The notes under the pieces: model-generated | What the model saw: the letters and a program-made list of their open reading frames with translations, nothing else | Database searches by the model: none | What the model was told of the DNA's origin: nothing | Position numbers and translations under genes: made by a program | NCBI GenBank assembly: GCA_044352465.1 | Contig: JBILDU010000066.1 | Span: 1-17,715, forward strand | Direction: 5' to 3' | Source of the DNA: Bdellovibrionota bacterium | GTDB lineage: Bacteria > Bdellovibrionota_C > UBA2361 | DNA: 17,715 bases | Shown: piece by piece, positions 1-7,803 of the stretch | Numbering within the stretch: the stretch's first letter is position 1 | How the letters are laid out: every line of letters begins with the position of its first letter

Positions 1-813
1 TATGGGACGCCCATCGTCGCCGATTCGGTCGGTGAGCTGTATGCGCGGACCGAAGCGGATGCGGTTATCGTCGCGGTGCCCGAGCTGGCGGCGCGAGACA
101 TCACCCTCGCCGCATTCGATTATCCGTGGACGGCGCTGCTTGAGAAGCCCCCAGGGTATCTTCCCGCAGTGGCCGGGGAACTCCTCGAGGCTGCCGAGCG
201 GCGGCAGCGATCGGCGTTCGTCGCGCTGAACCGTCGTTTCTACGGAAGCACCACTGCAGCGCTGGCGGAGGTGGCTGGGACCGTGGGACCACGCTCCGTC
301 ATCATTCAAGATGCTGAGGACCAACACGCAGCTCTCGCAGCGGGCCAGCCGAAGCAGGTTGTTGACGCATGGATGTACGCCAACTCGATCCATCTAATCG
401 ACTACGCCGATTTGTTTTGCCGCGGGACGGTCGTCGACGTTTCGACGCCGCAGCCTTTCAAGCCGTATGAGCCGTGTCTTGTAGAGTCGATCATACGCTA
501 TTCCTCCGGGGACACGGCGACGTACCTCGGACTGTGGCAAAAGCCGGGTCCGTGGTCGGTACAGGTGTGTACAGCCGAGGCTCGGGTTGAGCTCAAGCCC
601 CTTGAGCAAGCGGGGATTCAGCGTAAGGGGGAGCGTCGCGTGACCACCGTGCCGCAAACCGAGTGGGATACGGAATGTAAGCCCGGTATCCGCGCGCTGG
701 TAGAGGAGCTGGGTAAGGTGCTCCGTGGCGAGCCGCATCGATTGCCGACGCTGGCAGCGGGCGTCGATTGTATGCGAGTCATCGAGTCGATGTTCAAGCC
801 ACAGCGAGTATGA
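1..813 (+). CDS. Gfo/Idh/MocA family NAD(P)-dependent oxidoreductase, 5'-truncated by the window edge
   Basis: Frame is open from base 1 (YGTPIVADSVGELYARTEADAVIVAVPE...), upstream of the ORF-track start at 76. Contains DAVIVAVP, the family EKP motif (LLEKPPG), VALNRRF and NSIHLID. Confidence 0.85.
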   Translation, partial: YGTPIVADSVGELYARTEADAVIVAVPELAARDITLAAFDYPWTALLEKPPGYLPAVAGELLEAAERRQRSAFVALNRRFYGSTTAALAEVAGTVGPRSVIIQDAEDQHAALAAGQPKQVVDAWMYANSIHLIDYADLFCRGTVVDVSTPQPFKPYEPCLVESIIRYSSGDTATYLGLWQKPGPWSVQVCTAEARVELKPLEQAGIQRKGERRVTTVPQTEWDTECKPGIRALVEELGKVLRGEPHRLPTLAAGVDCMRVIESMFKPQRV

Positions 814-2318
814 CGAATCCTTCTCGTACCCCTCCATGGTTGCTGGGTGATACGCGGGATCGGCGGATCGAGTCGGCCCGACCGCTCTTGTTCCTCTGTC
901 AAGAACTCGGTCATCTCGCTGAGCTCAAGCGCGTCATGCATCATCTCGAAGCGGTTTTCCCGCGAATCGTCTTGGCGGTTGATGTCGCGCCGAGCAATAG
1001 CCATCGCGCGGGGCTCATCGCTGGATTAAGCGAGTGCCGCGCTCGGGGGGTACACTGTGTCGATCTGGCGGGTCAAAGTTTGGGGCCGGATGGTATCCCG
1101 CTGGGTGATGCTCCGCCTCCGATGCTCGACCCTCGAGTCTTTGAGGCGGCTGGAGCGGCGTTTGCTCCGCTGAGGCGCTCTATTCCCCCCGAGGTCTTTG
1201 CGCATTTGGAGGGTTGTGTCCAAACGATTCTTCAGTGGCAAGCGGTCGCGACGGCGCTCGCGGAGCGGGTCGAACCGGGACTCGTGGTCATGGCCGAGGA
1301 TAGCCTCGAGCATCAGAGTGCTGCTTTCATAAAAGTGTTCCGTGAGCGCGGGGTGCGGACGATCATCGTTCCATTCACGCTACCCTCCCCGATCGAGGTG
1401 GCCGAAGCGAGTTCGCCGATAGTCGTGGGGGATCCGCTGACCTCCTTCATTGCGACTCGATATCCGCATTGGGTGTTTGAGTATAAGGGGGCCAAGCATC
1501 TTCGACTTGGCGTGATAGAGATCTTGGCGCGCGAGTTTCTCGGAGTCGCGCCGCCCCAGCCGTGGGTTTATAACAGCGGGAACGCGGCAGCGATTGCGCT
1601 CGAGAGCCCCGCTATGGGGAGTCTCTACACCGCCTTCGGCTTTCCCCCAGACCAGCTGGCGGTGGTGGGGAGTTCGGTGGATGATATCATGTCTGAGGGG
1701 CTGAAAGAGAAGGCTCCATGGAAGCGGCTCTTATGTGAGGAATTAGGCGCCGATCCGCGGAAGCCGTTGCTTGTTTGGGCGGTGCCCCCCGATCAGTTTC
1801 ATCAGCGCCACCGTTCGGTCCCAGAGTATAGGAGCCACTGTGAAGTGGTTGACTACATCGCGGGAGTGCTCGCCCTATTGTCCTCGACGTATACCGTTGT
1901 GGCGCGTCTCCATCCCCGAACTGCCGAGGCGGAACTTGCTCCGATCTTGGCGGCGCGTGGGGTGTTGCACTCGCGGTGGCCGACTGAACGGTTGGTGCCG
2001 CTGAGCGAACTCTACGTCGCCACAAGTTCAGCGACGTTACGGTGGGCGATTGCGTGTGGAGTGCCGGCGATCAACTACGACCTTTATCAGTATGACTTCA
2101 TGGAGAATCTTAATCAGGTGAGGGGGGTCGTGCGAGTGACTTCGAAACGGGGCTTCACAGAGACGGTACATCGCTTTACCCACGATTCGGAATATCGACG
2201 TAGCCTGGAGAATGCACAGCGCGGCGCTGCTCCTGAGTGGGGGGTGTTGGATGGTCGGAGCGGGGAGCGTCTCAGACAACTCTGCCTCGAACACGCTCGC
2301 GCAGCTCCGCCCAGATAG
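810..2318 (+). CDS. Uncharacterised 502-aa protein with a GT-B-like C-terminal half; candidate CMP-sugar (nonulosonate) transferase
   Basis: ATG at 810 overlaps the upstream TGA (ATGA), so it is preferred over 768. C-terminal motifs VARLHPR, ELYVATSSATLRWAIACGVPAINYD and LDGRSGERL resemble GT-B nucleotide-binding domains of TagF/KpsS/sialyltransferase-like proteins. The function is inferred. Confidence 0.6.
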   Translation: MTNPSRTPPWLLGDTRDRRIESARPLLFLCQELGHLAELKRVMHHLEAVFPRIVLAVDVAPSNSHRAGLIAGLSECRARGVHCVDLAGQSLGPDGIPLGDAPPPMLDPRVFEAAGAAFAPLRRSIPPEVFAHLEGCVQTILQWQAVATALAERVEPGLVVMAEDSLEHQSAAFIKVFRERGVRTIIVPFTLPSPIEVAEASSPIVVGDPLTSFIATRYPHWVFEYKGAKHLRLGVIEILAREFLGVAPPQPWVYNSGNAAAIALESPAMGSLYTAFGFPPDQLAVVGSSVDDIMSEGLKEKAPWKRLLCEELGADPRKPLLVWAVPPDQFHQRHRSVPEYRSHCEVVDYIAGVLALLSSTYTVVARLHPRTAEAELAPILAARGVLHSRWPTERLVPLSELYVATSSATLRWAIACGVPAINYDLYQYDFMENLNQVRGVVRVTSKRGFTETVHRFTHDSEYRRSLENAQRGAAPEWGVLDGRSGERLRQLCLEHARAAPPR

Positions 2319-2389
2319 ATTTTGTCTCCCCCACCGGCTGGGCGGTAGCTATCGGCGTGGACGCTCCTCAAATACCGACTGAGAGGTGA

Positions 2390-2724
2390 CCCCCGCTTGA
2401 CGATGTCGACATGGTGTTACTCAGTGTAGAGTTCGCCCAAGATGATCTCCGCCGCTCGGTGAGCGGAACCGCCATAGAGGATATCCTCGAAACTGACATA
2501 CTCGAGCTCGAGCCACAAATATAGAGCAATGTGCGACTCAACGAGGAGGACGAAAGCGGAGGCACCGTAAGGTTCGAATGTAAGGGTTCGCGCCCCGAGT
2601 CCATGGTACCCGCCTCGCCGGCAGCGCGTCGTAGCAGCTATTCGAGTTTTGGGGCAGAGTTCGTGATAGCGGCCCAGACCCCCCAACAAACGACTAAGAT
2701 ATGGCGCGCTAATGGATGAGGCAT
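2390..2724 (-). pseudogene. speD: S-adenosylmethionine decarboxylase proenzyme (SpeD/SpeH type) pseudogene
   Basis: From ATG 2724: MPHPLARHILVVCWGVWAAITNSAPKLE*LLRRAAGEAGT (TAG 2638-2640). After a frameshift near 2601: LGARTLTFEPYGASAFVLLVESHIALYLWLELEYVSFEDILYGG...YTE*HHVDIVKRG (TAA 2417-2419). Matches the LGRH..., FxPxGxS..ESH...W.E and terminal RG pattern of the family. Confidence 0.8.
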
Positions 2725-2822
2725 AGACACAGGGTGTTCAAAAAGCGCTGAGGTCTCCCCGATAAGCGCGGCGGCTCACCAAACAAGCCCAACAACCGGC
2801 ACGATTGCGGAAAGGAGCCCAG

Positions 2823-3128
2823 TTAAAAAAAGGATCCCAGTTGCGAGTAAGGGCCAAGCTTCGAAAAGTCGATACCCGGGGATACCAACCGACACCGCTG
2901 ACATTCGAGGAGATGCTACCCTCGATCGGAGAGGTAAGGGGGACTGTTTGAGCTCCGGCACAGGGGGCACCGGAATCGCTGCGGTGATTTCTGCACGGCC
3001 CGAAACTTTCGCATGGCTCGGTGGCGATAGCTAAGGCTGTTCTTGAAGAAATCAGGACCCCGCAGTTTTCCGGGATCGAGTCTAAATATCTTTCCGCCTT
3101 TGAAGATGTCTCGCATGGTCGATCTCAT
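2823..3128 (-). pseudogene. N-terminal zinc-ribbon fragment, probably of a class I SAM-dependent methyltransferase
   Basis: Reading through TAG 2916-2918 gives RFRCPLCRSSNSPPYLSDRG*HLLECQRCRLVSP, i.e. CxxC...G(Y)xLxxCxxCxLV, typical of methyltransferase N-termini in glycan loci. The frame ends at TAA 2823-2825 with no SAM-binding motif. Confidence 0.55.
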
Positions 3129-3197
3129 CGTCTCTCGAAGGTTGCCCCGTGTACCGCGGCCCGCGATGTCAGGAGGCCTCCGGATTGCTCTGAAACC

Positions 3198-4421
3198 CTA
3201 GCGTTTATCCGAGTCGGATGCCCAGATCGGGTGCCGTAGTTGCCAGCCGCTCTCCCGCCGTTCCCACAGGTGGGGCGAGCGGAATTGATCGATCCGCGCA
3301 TGAAAATCCGCCTCGCTCGTGTCGATATACTCAAGGAATTCCCGGAAATACTTTTGGGGGAACTCAAGGTCGTATTTACGCACCAGGGCAACGCCTTCTT
3401 CGCGGGAGATCTTACCGTTCCTTATCTCTTGCGCTGCATCATACGAGGCTCGACCGAGGCCGAATTTTATGAGCGTTGTATAGTAATGAAAGGGGTCGAT
3501 TTTATCATCGATGCTGCTGTATTTTGAGTAGCTTCCCTCGGTGCGCTCGGGGTTGGCCTGGAAACCTGTGTGTTCGACGGCGTAGTAGTAGCACTCCTGG
3601 GGATCCCACTTAAGGTAGAATCCGAGGTAGTGAACCTCGATGCCGCATGCCGTGGTATCATCGACCTGCATAGGTAGATACGGCTCGAAATCGGCGAGCC
3701 GCAGACGGTGGTTCGAGATAAGCTCCGGGATCGGCCGTCCCCCGAGTCGCACGTCTTTGGCGCCGTCCACCGCGAAGAATTCCGCGCGCATCCGCGGATC
3801 CTGGTTCTCTTCGACGCGGTTGCCGTACTCTGCTTGATTCTCGCCATACATTACGAGCTTCACGCCGTAACGCGCTGCGAATTTCGGTCCAATCATACGC
3901 TGACCGACGATGAAGGGCTGGAAGGGGTGGAGGAGGTTGTGAAACGCTTCTTTTGTGAGAAGTCGGTGGACCCGGCCGTTGGGGGTGAAGAGGATGTTAT
4001 CGAGTCCTCCCACGTGGATCCAGTTTTGAAAGTTCCGCCAGCCAATATCGGTGTAGAGATGGGGTGCCCACGTCACGGTGAGCGGATTCATTCCGTATTT
4101 GTATTTGAGGACGTGCGCGGTAAAGGCGCTGTCTTTGCCGCCGCTTCCCGGCACGATGACGTCGTACCCGCCGTCGGTACGGCGGAATCGGTCAAGGAGT
4201 CGGAGAAGGTGTTCCTCACGCCCTCGCCAATCGATCGCCTGGTCTTTCTGCTCAGCGTACCGGCACGCTTCACACAGATTCGAATCGTCGAATCGGATGA
4301 CCGATTTCGTATCGGCAGCCGCAGATCTGAACTCAACGGTGGACGAGGGGCGTTGATTGGAGATGACGCACTGACGACAAAATCGGACCTCTGCGGGTAA
4401 GCCGAAATACGTCTCTGTCAT
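3198..4421 (-). CDS. N-acetyl sugar amidotransferase (WbuX/PseA/WbpG-like, PP-loop ATPase)
   Basis: N-terminal FCRQCVISNQRP and CEAC cysteines, PP-loop PGSGGKDS, MYGENQAEYG, YSSIDDKIDPFHYY, KFGLGRASYDAAQEIRNGKISREEG. Adjacent to HisH/HisF paralogues. Confidence 0.92.
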   Translation of the reverse strand: MTETYFGLPAEVRFCRQCVISNQRPSSTVEFRSAAADTKSVIRFDDSNLCEACRYAEQKDQAIDWRGREEHLLRLLDRFRRTDGGYDVIVPGSGGKDSAFTAHVLKYKYGMNPLTVTWAPHLYTDIGWRNFQNWIHVGGLDNILFTPNGRVHRLLTKEAFHNLLHPFQPFIVGQRMIGPKFAARYGVKLVMYGENQAEYGNRVEENQDPRMRAEFFAVDGAKDVRLGGRPIPELISNHRLRLADFEPYLPMQVDDTTACGIEVHYLGFYLKWDPQECYYYAVEHTGFQANPERTEGSYSKYSSIDDKIDPFHYYTTLIKFGLGRASYDAAQEIRNGKISREEGVALVRKYDLEFPQKYFREFLEYIDTSEADFHARIDQFRSPHLWERRESGWQLRHPIWASDSDKR

Positions 4422-4424
4422 AGT

Positions 4425-5045
4425 TCACTCCTGACACCAGTGGTAGAAGTTCCGCAATAAAGCCAACCCCCGAGCGCCGCTCTTCTCGGGATGAAACTGG
4501 ACGCCGACAGCGTGCTCATGCGCCACGGCGGCGACGATCGATTGACGTCCGTACCCTGTTCGCGCGAGCACGATATCTTCGGACCGGGGGACGCATCGAT
4601 ACGAGTGGCAGAAGTAAAATGTAGCATCTACAGCGAGCCCTGCGAAGAGTGGATGTGAGCGCACCGGCTCAATCGGCCGCCAGCCCATGTTGGGGAGCCG
4701 TTGGCCCGGCTCTGGAGAGATCGGCTCGACCGTTCCGGCGCACACGCCGAGGCCGGGGGAGCGTTCACCCTCCAGGCCCCATTCGAAGAGGACTTGCATC
4801 CCGAGGCATATTCCGAGGCTTTTGCCCCCCCGACTCCAAAAACGCTTGAGCGCGTCGATCGTGCTGGGGTGACAGAGTTGCTGACTCGCCACTGAGAACG
4901 CCCCCACTCCCGGTATTACGAGTCCCTGAAATCGCTCGAACGGGTCGTCGGGGCCGATCAGCTCGAGCGATTCGATTCCAGCGGCCGAAAGCGCCGCCAT
5001 GACGCTCCGTAGATTGCCCACTCCGTAGTTAACAACACCTAACAT
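4425..5045 (-). CDS. hisH: HisH-like class I glutamine amidotransferase (glycan-locus paralogue, WbuY-like)
   Basis: NYGVGNLRSV, IPGVGAF, nucleophile motif GICLGMQ, FYFCHSY and QFHPEKS (Cys-His-Glu triad intact). Confidence 0.92.
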   Translation of the reverse strand: MLGVVNYGVGNLRSVMAALSAAGIESLELIGPDDPFERFQGLVIPGVGAFSVASQQLCHPSTIDALKRFWSRGGKSLGICLGMQVLFEWGLEGERSPGLGVCAGTVEPISPEPGQRLPNMGWRPIEPVRSHPLFAGLAVDATFYFCHSYRCVPRSEDIVLARTGYGRQSIVAAVAHEHAVGVQFHPEKSGARGLALLRNFYHWCQE

Positions 5046-5779
5046 GCGCGTTGCTCGTCCCCAACGTGTTGTTTCAAGGCAGCGATCGAGAAGGCGTTGT
5101 AGTGGAGGGCTGAAGCGAGGGCGACGGCCATCGAAGTCGATTCGGCCTGAGCTGCCCTCACGTGATCAATGGTGCCGGCACCGCCGCTTAGCACGACCGG
5201 CACATCGACGGTTGACTCAACGGCGCGCAGGAGATCTAGATCAAAGCCGCGGCGGGTGCCGTCGCGGTCAACGCTCGTGAGGAGTACTTCGCCAGCCCCC
5301 CGCTCCCGTGCCTCACGGCACCATTCGATGACATCTCGTCCCGTTGGGTTCCGACCGTTTTCGATGTATGCTTCCCATGAGCTCTGCCGGCGCTTGGCTT
5401 CGACCGATATGACGCAACATTGGGCTCCGAATCGGCGCGCGACCTCGGAAATGAACTCCGGCCGGCGGATGGCTTCAGAGTTTATGGCCACTTTATCGGC
5501 ACCACACGCGAGGGCTTGCTCGACGTCACCCATCGACCGAATGCCACCACCGACCGTAATCGGAATAAAGACCCCGCGGCAAGCTCGACTGATGATCTCA
5601 AATACGCTGCGGCGGCCGTAGAGTGTAGCTACGGTATCGATCATGAGTAACTCGTCCGCACCGGCGGCGTAGTACTTGATTGCCAGCTCATTCGGGTCGC
5701 CGATCTTGCGTAGTCCTTCGAAGGCGATACCTTTGATGACCGATTCCCCCTTGATATCAAGTCGGGCGATGATGCGCAT
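5039..5779 (-). CDS. hisF: HisF-like cyclase-fold subunit (glycan-locus paralogue, WbuZ-like)
   Basis: RIIARLDIK, PITVGGGIRS, GADKVAINS, GAGEVLLTSVDRDGT, SGGAG. Overlaps the hisH-like start. No other his genes are nearby. Confidence 0.92.
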   Translation of the reverse strand: MRIIARLDIKGESVIKGIAFEGLRKIGDPNELAIKYYAAGADELLMIDTVATLYGRRSVFEIISRACRGVFIPITVGGGIRSMGDVEQALACGADKVAINSEAIRRPEFISEVARRFGAQCCVISVEAKRRQSSWEAYIENGRNPTGRDVIEWCREARERGAGEVLLTSVDRDGTRRGFDLDLLRAVESTVDVPVVLSGGAGTIDHVRAAQAESTSMAVALASALHYNAFSIAALKQHVGDEQRAC

Positions 5780-5794
5780 GTCACCTCCGTCGTC

Positions 5795-6838
5795 CTACCA
5801 GGTAACGTCGGTCCGCGCGAGGTGGGCGCCTTTGGGGATATGTGCGGTGGCCCGACACCCACAGACGCGCTCAAGCTCAGCTGCCGGGATCTCGCCGGTG
5901 CCTGGTCGCATCGGGGCTACATTTTTTTCGGAAAATGGTTGGCCCGGGGCGATATCCTCGAGGGCGACGAGGGTCGCAAAGGCGAATCGAATGGTGGGGG
6001 CCTCCTCTGCCGCCGCCACCTTACGGCCGCCCCGCATCTGGGCGATGAGCGCTGAGCCTTCGATCAATTGGGACAACTCCGTTGGATCCATCGAGCAACT
6101 GACGTCTGGGCCGACGCGGGTCTTGGTATCGACGAAATGACGCTCCAGGATCGATGCTCCGAGCGCGGTTGCCGCCAAGCAGGCGTGATTTGAGGTCGTA
6201 TGGTCGGACAATCCAACGACAAGGTTAGGGAAGGTGTCGCGGAGCTCCTCCATGGCGCCGAGGCGGACCAGATGGAAGGGGGTGGGATAGATATTCGTCG
6301 TATGTAAGAGCGCCAGCGGAACACCATACGCCGAGATCGCTGCAACCGAGGCACGCACGGAGGCTAGGTCGTTCATCCCGGTACTCAAGATCATCGGCTT
6401 TCCCTTGGAGGCGATGTATTTGAGTAAGGGGATATTATTGCACTCTCCGGAGCCGACCTTGTAGGCTTCGACGCCCATGCGCTCCAAACGATCGACCGCT
6501 GAGCGAGAGAACGGCGTACTGAGGAATATCAGTCCGAGGCTCTCAGCGTATGTTTTCATCTCAAATTCGTCGTCCTCGCTAAGCGCCGCATTCGAAATAA
6601 CGTCGTAGATCGAGATATCGGCGTTCCCGGGGAGAACCTTTTTGGCGGCGTCGCTCATCTCGTCGGTGATTGCGTGGGTCTGATGTTTTACCAGCTCAGC
6701 GCCGGCGCGCCAGGCAGCTTCAACCATCGCCTTGGCGACGCTTAGGTTGCCACCGTGATTAATGCCGATCTCCGGGATAACGAGCGGGGGAAATTCGGGG
6801 CCGATTTCTCGAGTGCCGATTGAGAAGCGCGGGGCCAT
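5795..6838 (-). CDS. neuB: N-acetylneuraminate synthase with C-terminal SAF/antifreeze-like domain
   Basis: EIGINHGG, VKHQTH, EMSDAAKKVLPGNADISIY, STPFSR, GSGECNN, STGMN, TNIYPTP, GLSDHT, LERHF, RPGTG, all closely resembling Neisseria SiaC. ATG 6838 is chosen because AGAGGA precedes it. Confidence 0.93.
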   Translation of the reverse strand: MAPRFSIGTREIGPEFPPLVIPEIGINHGGNLSVAKAMVEAAWRAGAELVKHQTHAITDEMSDAAKKVLPGNADISIYDVISNAALSEDDEFEMKTYAESLGLIFLSTPFSRSAVDRLERMGVEAYKVGSGECNNIPLLKYIASKGKPMILSTGMNDLASVRASVAAISAYGVPLALLHTTNIYPTPFHLVRLGAMEELRDTFPNLVVGLSDHTTSNHACLAATALGASILERHFVDTKTRVGPDVSCSMDPTELSQLIEGSALIAQMRGGRKVAAAEEAPTIRFAFATLVALEDIAPGQPFSEKNVAPMRPGTGEIPAAELERVCGCRATAHIPKGAHLARTDVTW

Positions 6839-7074
6839 GAGTTCCTCTCTAGACAATACATTTTCCGATCAACGATACAGCAAAAGAAATTACAGCCGCA
6901 TAAACTCAAATTGAATCCGCCGGCCACGGTTGTCGGACGATTCTTGCGTCACGACACCTAGTCACCCAAGAATCGCCGCGTTGACTCTGGGAGCGCTTTT
7001 TGGGGGCGCAGTTGCGCGGGCGAAAACTCGGAACCTCTCAGTTCATCGTAGCTTTAAACCAGCGGATCACACAA

Positions 7075-7803
7075 TCACACATCGAGCGCGTGTGGCGCTT
7101 CGTGGCGCTCGATCGGCACGAACGCTTCGTTCCCGGGCGCCCCCAAAATCGCCTCAGCATGTCGGATATCATCGTGGTTGTCGATATCGACACTGTCTCG
7201 CTCGGTCATTACATAGGCGCGACTTGGCTCAACAACAAAGCGCCGCTCGCGTTCAAAGGCGACAACATCGCAGATATAGATGGCACCGTTTTGTCGAACA
7301 CACAGGGGGAGCCGTTGCCGTGGCATCGAGAGGTAGTCGGAGCCGAACGCGGGAGAGAGCATGTCCCCGGCTAGGGTGAGGCTTTTGTAGGGGTGATGTG
7401 AGAGCTCACAGACGCTGACCACCGAACCGACTGGGCGCTCTCGAAACAGAGTCCATGCCTCGGTAATGTGGTGGCTTGTTCGGAGGGGTGAGGTGGGCTG
7501 AAGGAGAACGAAGGCAGTGGAATCACGAGCACCACGGAGCACATCGACCACGACATCTTCCAAGCGCGCGTCATCGGTTGCGAGTGTGACGGGTCGCTCG
7601 ATGACGCGGACGGGAAAATGGGCGGCGATGCGAGCGACCGCCGGTGAGTCAGTGGTCACCACTATCTCGTCGAAGATGGCGGCAGAGCAGGCAGCTGCAA
7701 GGGTGTACTGTACGAGTGGTACGCCACCGACAGGGGTGGTATTTTTGTGCGGAATACCCTTCGAACCAGCGCGAGCAGGAATGATGCCGAGGAGCTTCGT
7801 CAT
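7075..7803 (-). CDS. neuA: Acylneuraminate cytidylyltransferase (CMP-Neu5Ac synthetase)
   Basis: IIPARAGSKGIPHKN, LLQPTSPLR, RQRLP, QNGAIY, SVDID. The start overlaps the neuC stop. Confidence 0.93.
   Translation of the reverse strand: MTKLLGIIPARAGSKGIPHKNTTPVGGVPLVQYTLAAACSAAIFDEIVVTTDSPAVARIAAHFPVRVIERPVTLATDDARLEDVVVDVLRGARDSTAFVLLQPTSPLRTSHHITEAWTLFRERPVGSVVSVCELSHHPYKSLTLAGDMLSPAFGSDYLSMPRQRLPLCVRQNGAIYICDVVAFERERRFVVEPSRAYVMTERDSVDIDNHDDIRHAEAILGAPGNEAFVPIERHEAPHALDV

Noticed and set aside
2341..2352. GGCGGTAG resembling the RfaH ops element
   Set aside because: It lies downstream of a gene, pointing into convergent pseudogenes rather than in an operon leader. There is no full JUMPStart context, and it is likely by chance in GC-rich DNA.
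3708..4400. Long antisense ORFs (this 230-aa one, also 12413-13033 and others)
   Set aside because: They are shadow frames opposite well-supported genes, as expected in GC-rich DNA.
4425..5779. Histidine biosynthesis operon
   Set aside because: Only hisH/hisF paralogues are present, next to a sugar amidotransferase, which is the known glycan-modification arrangement.
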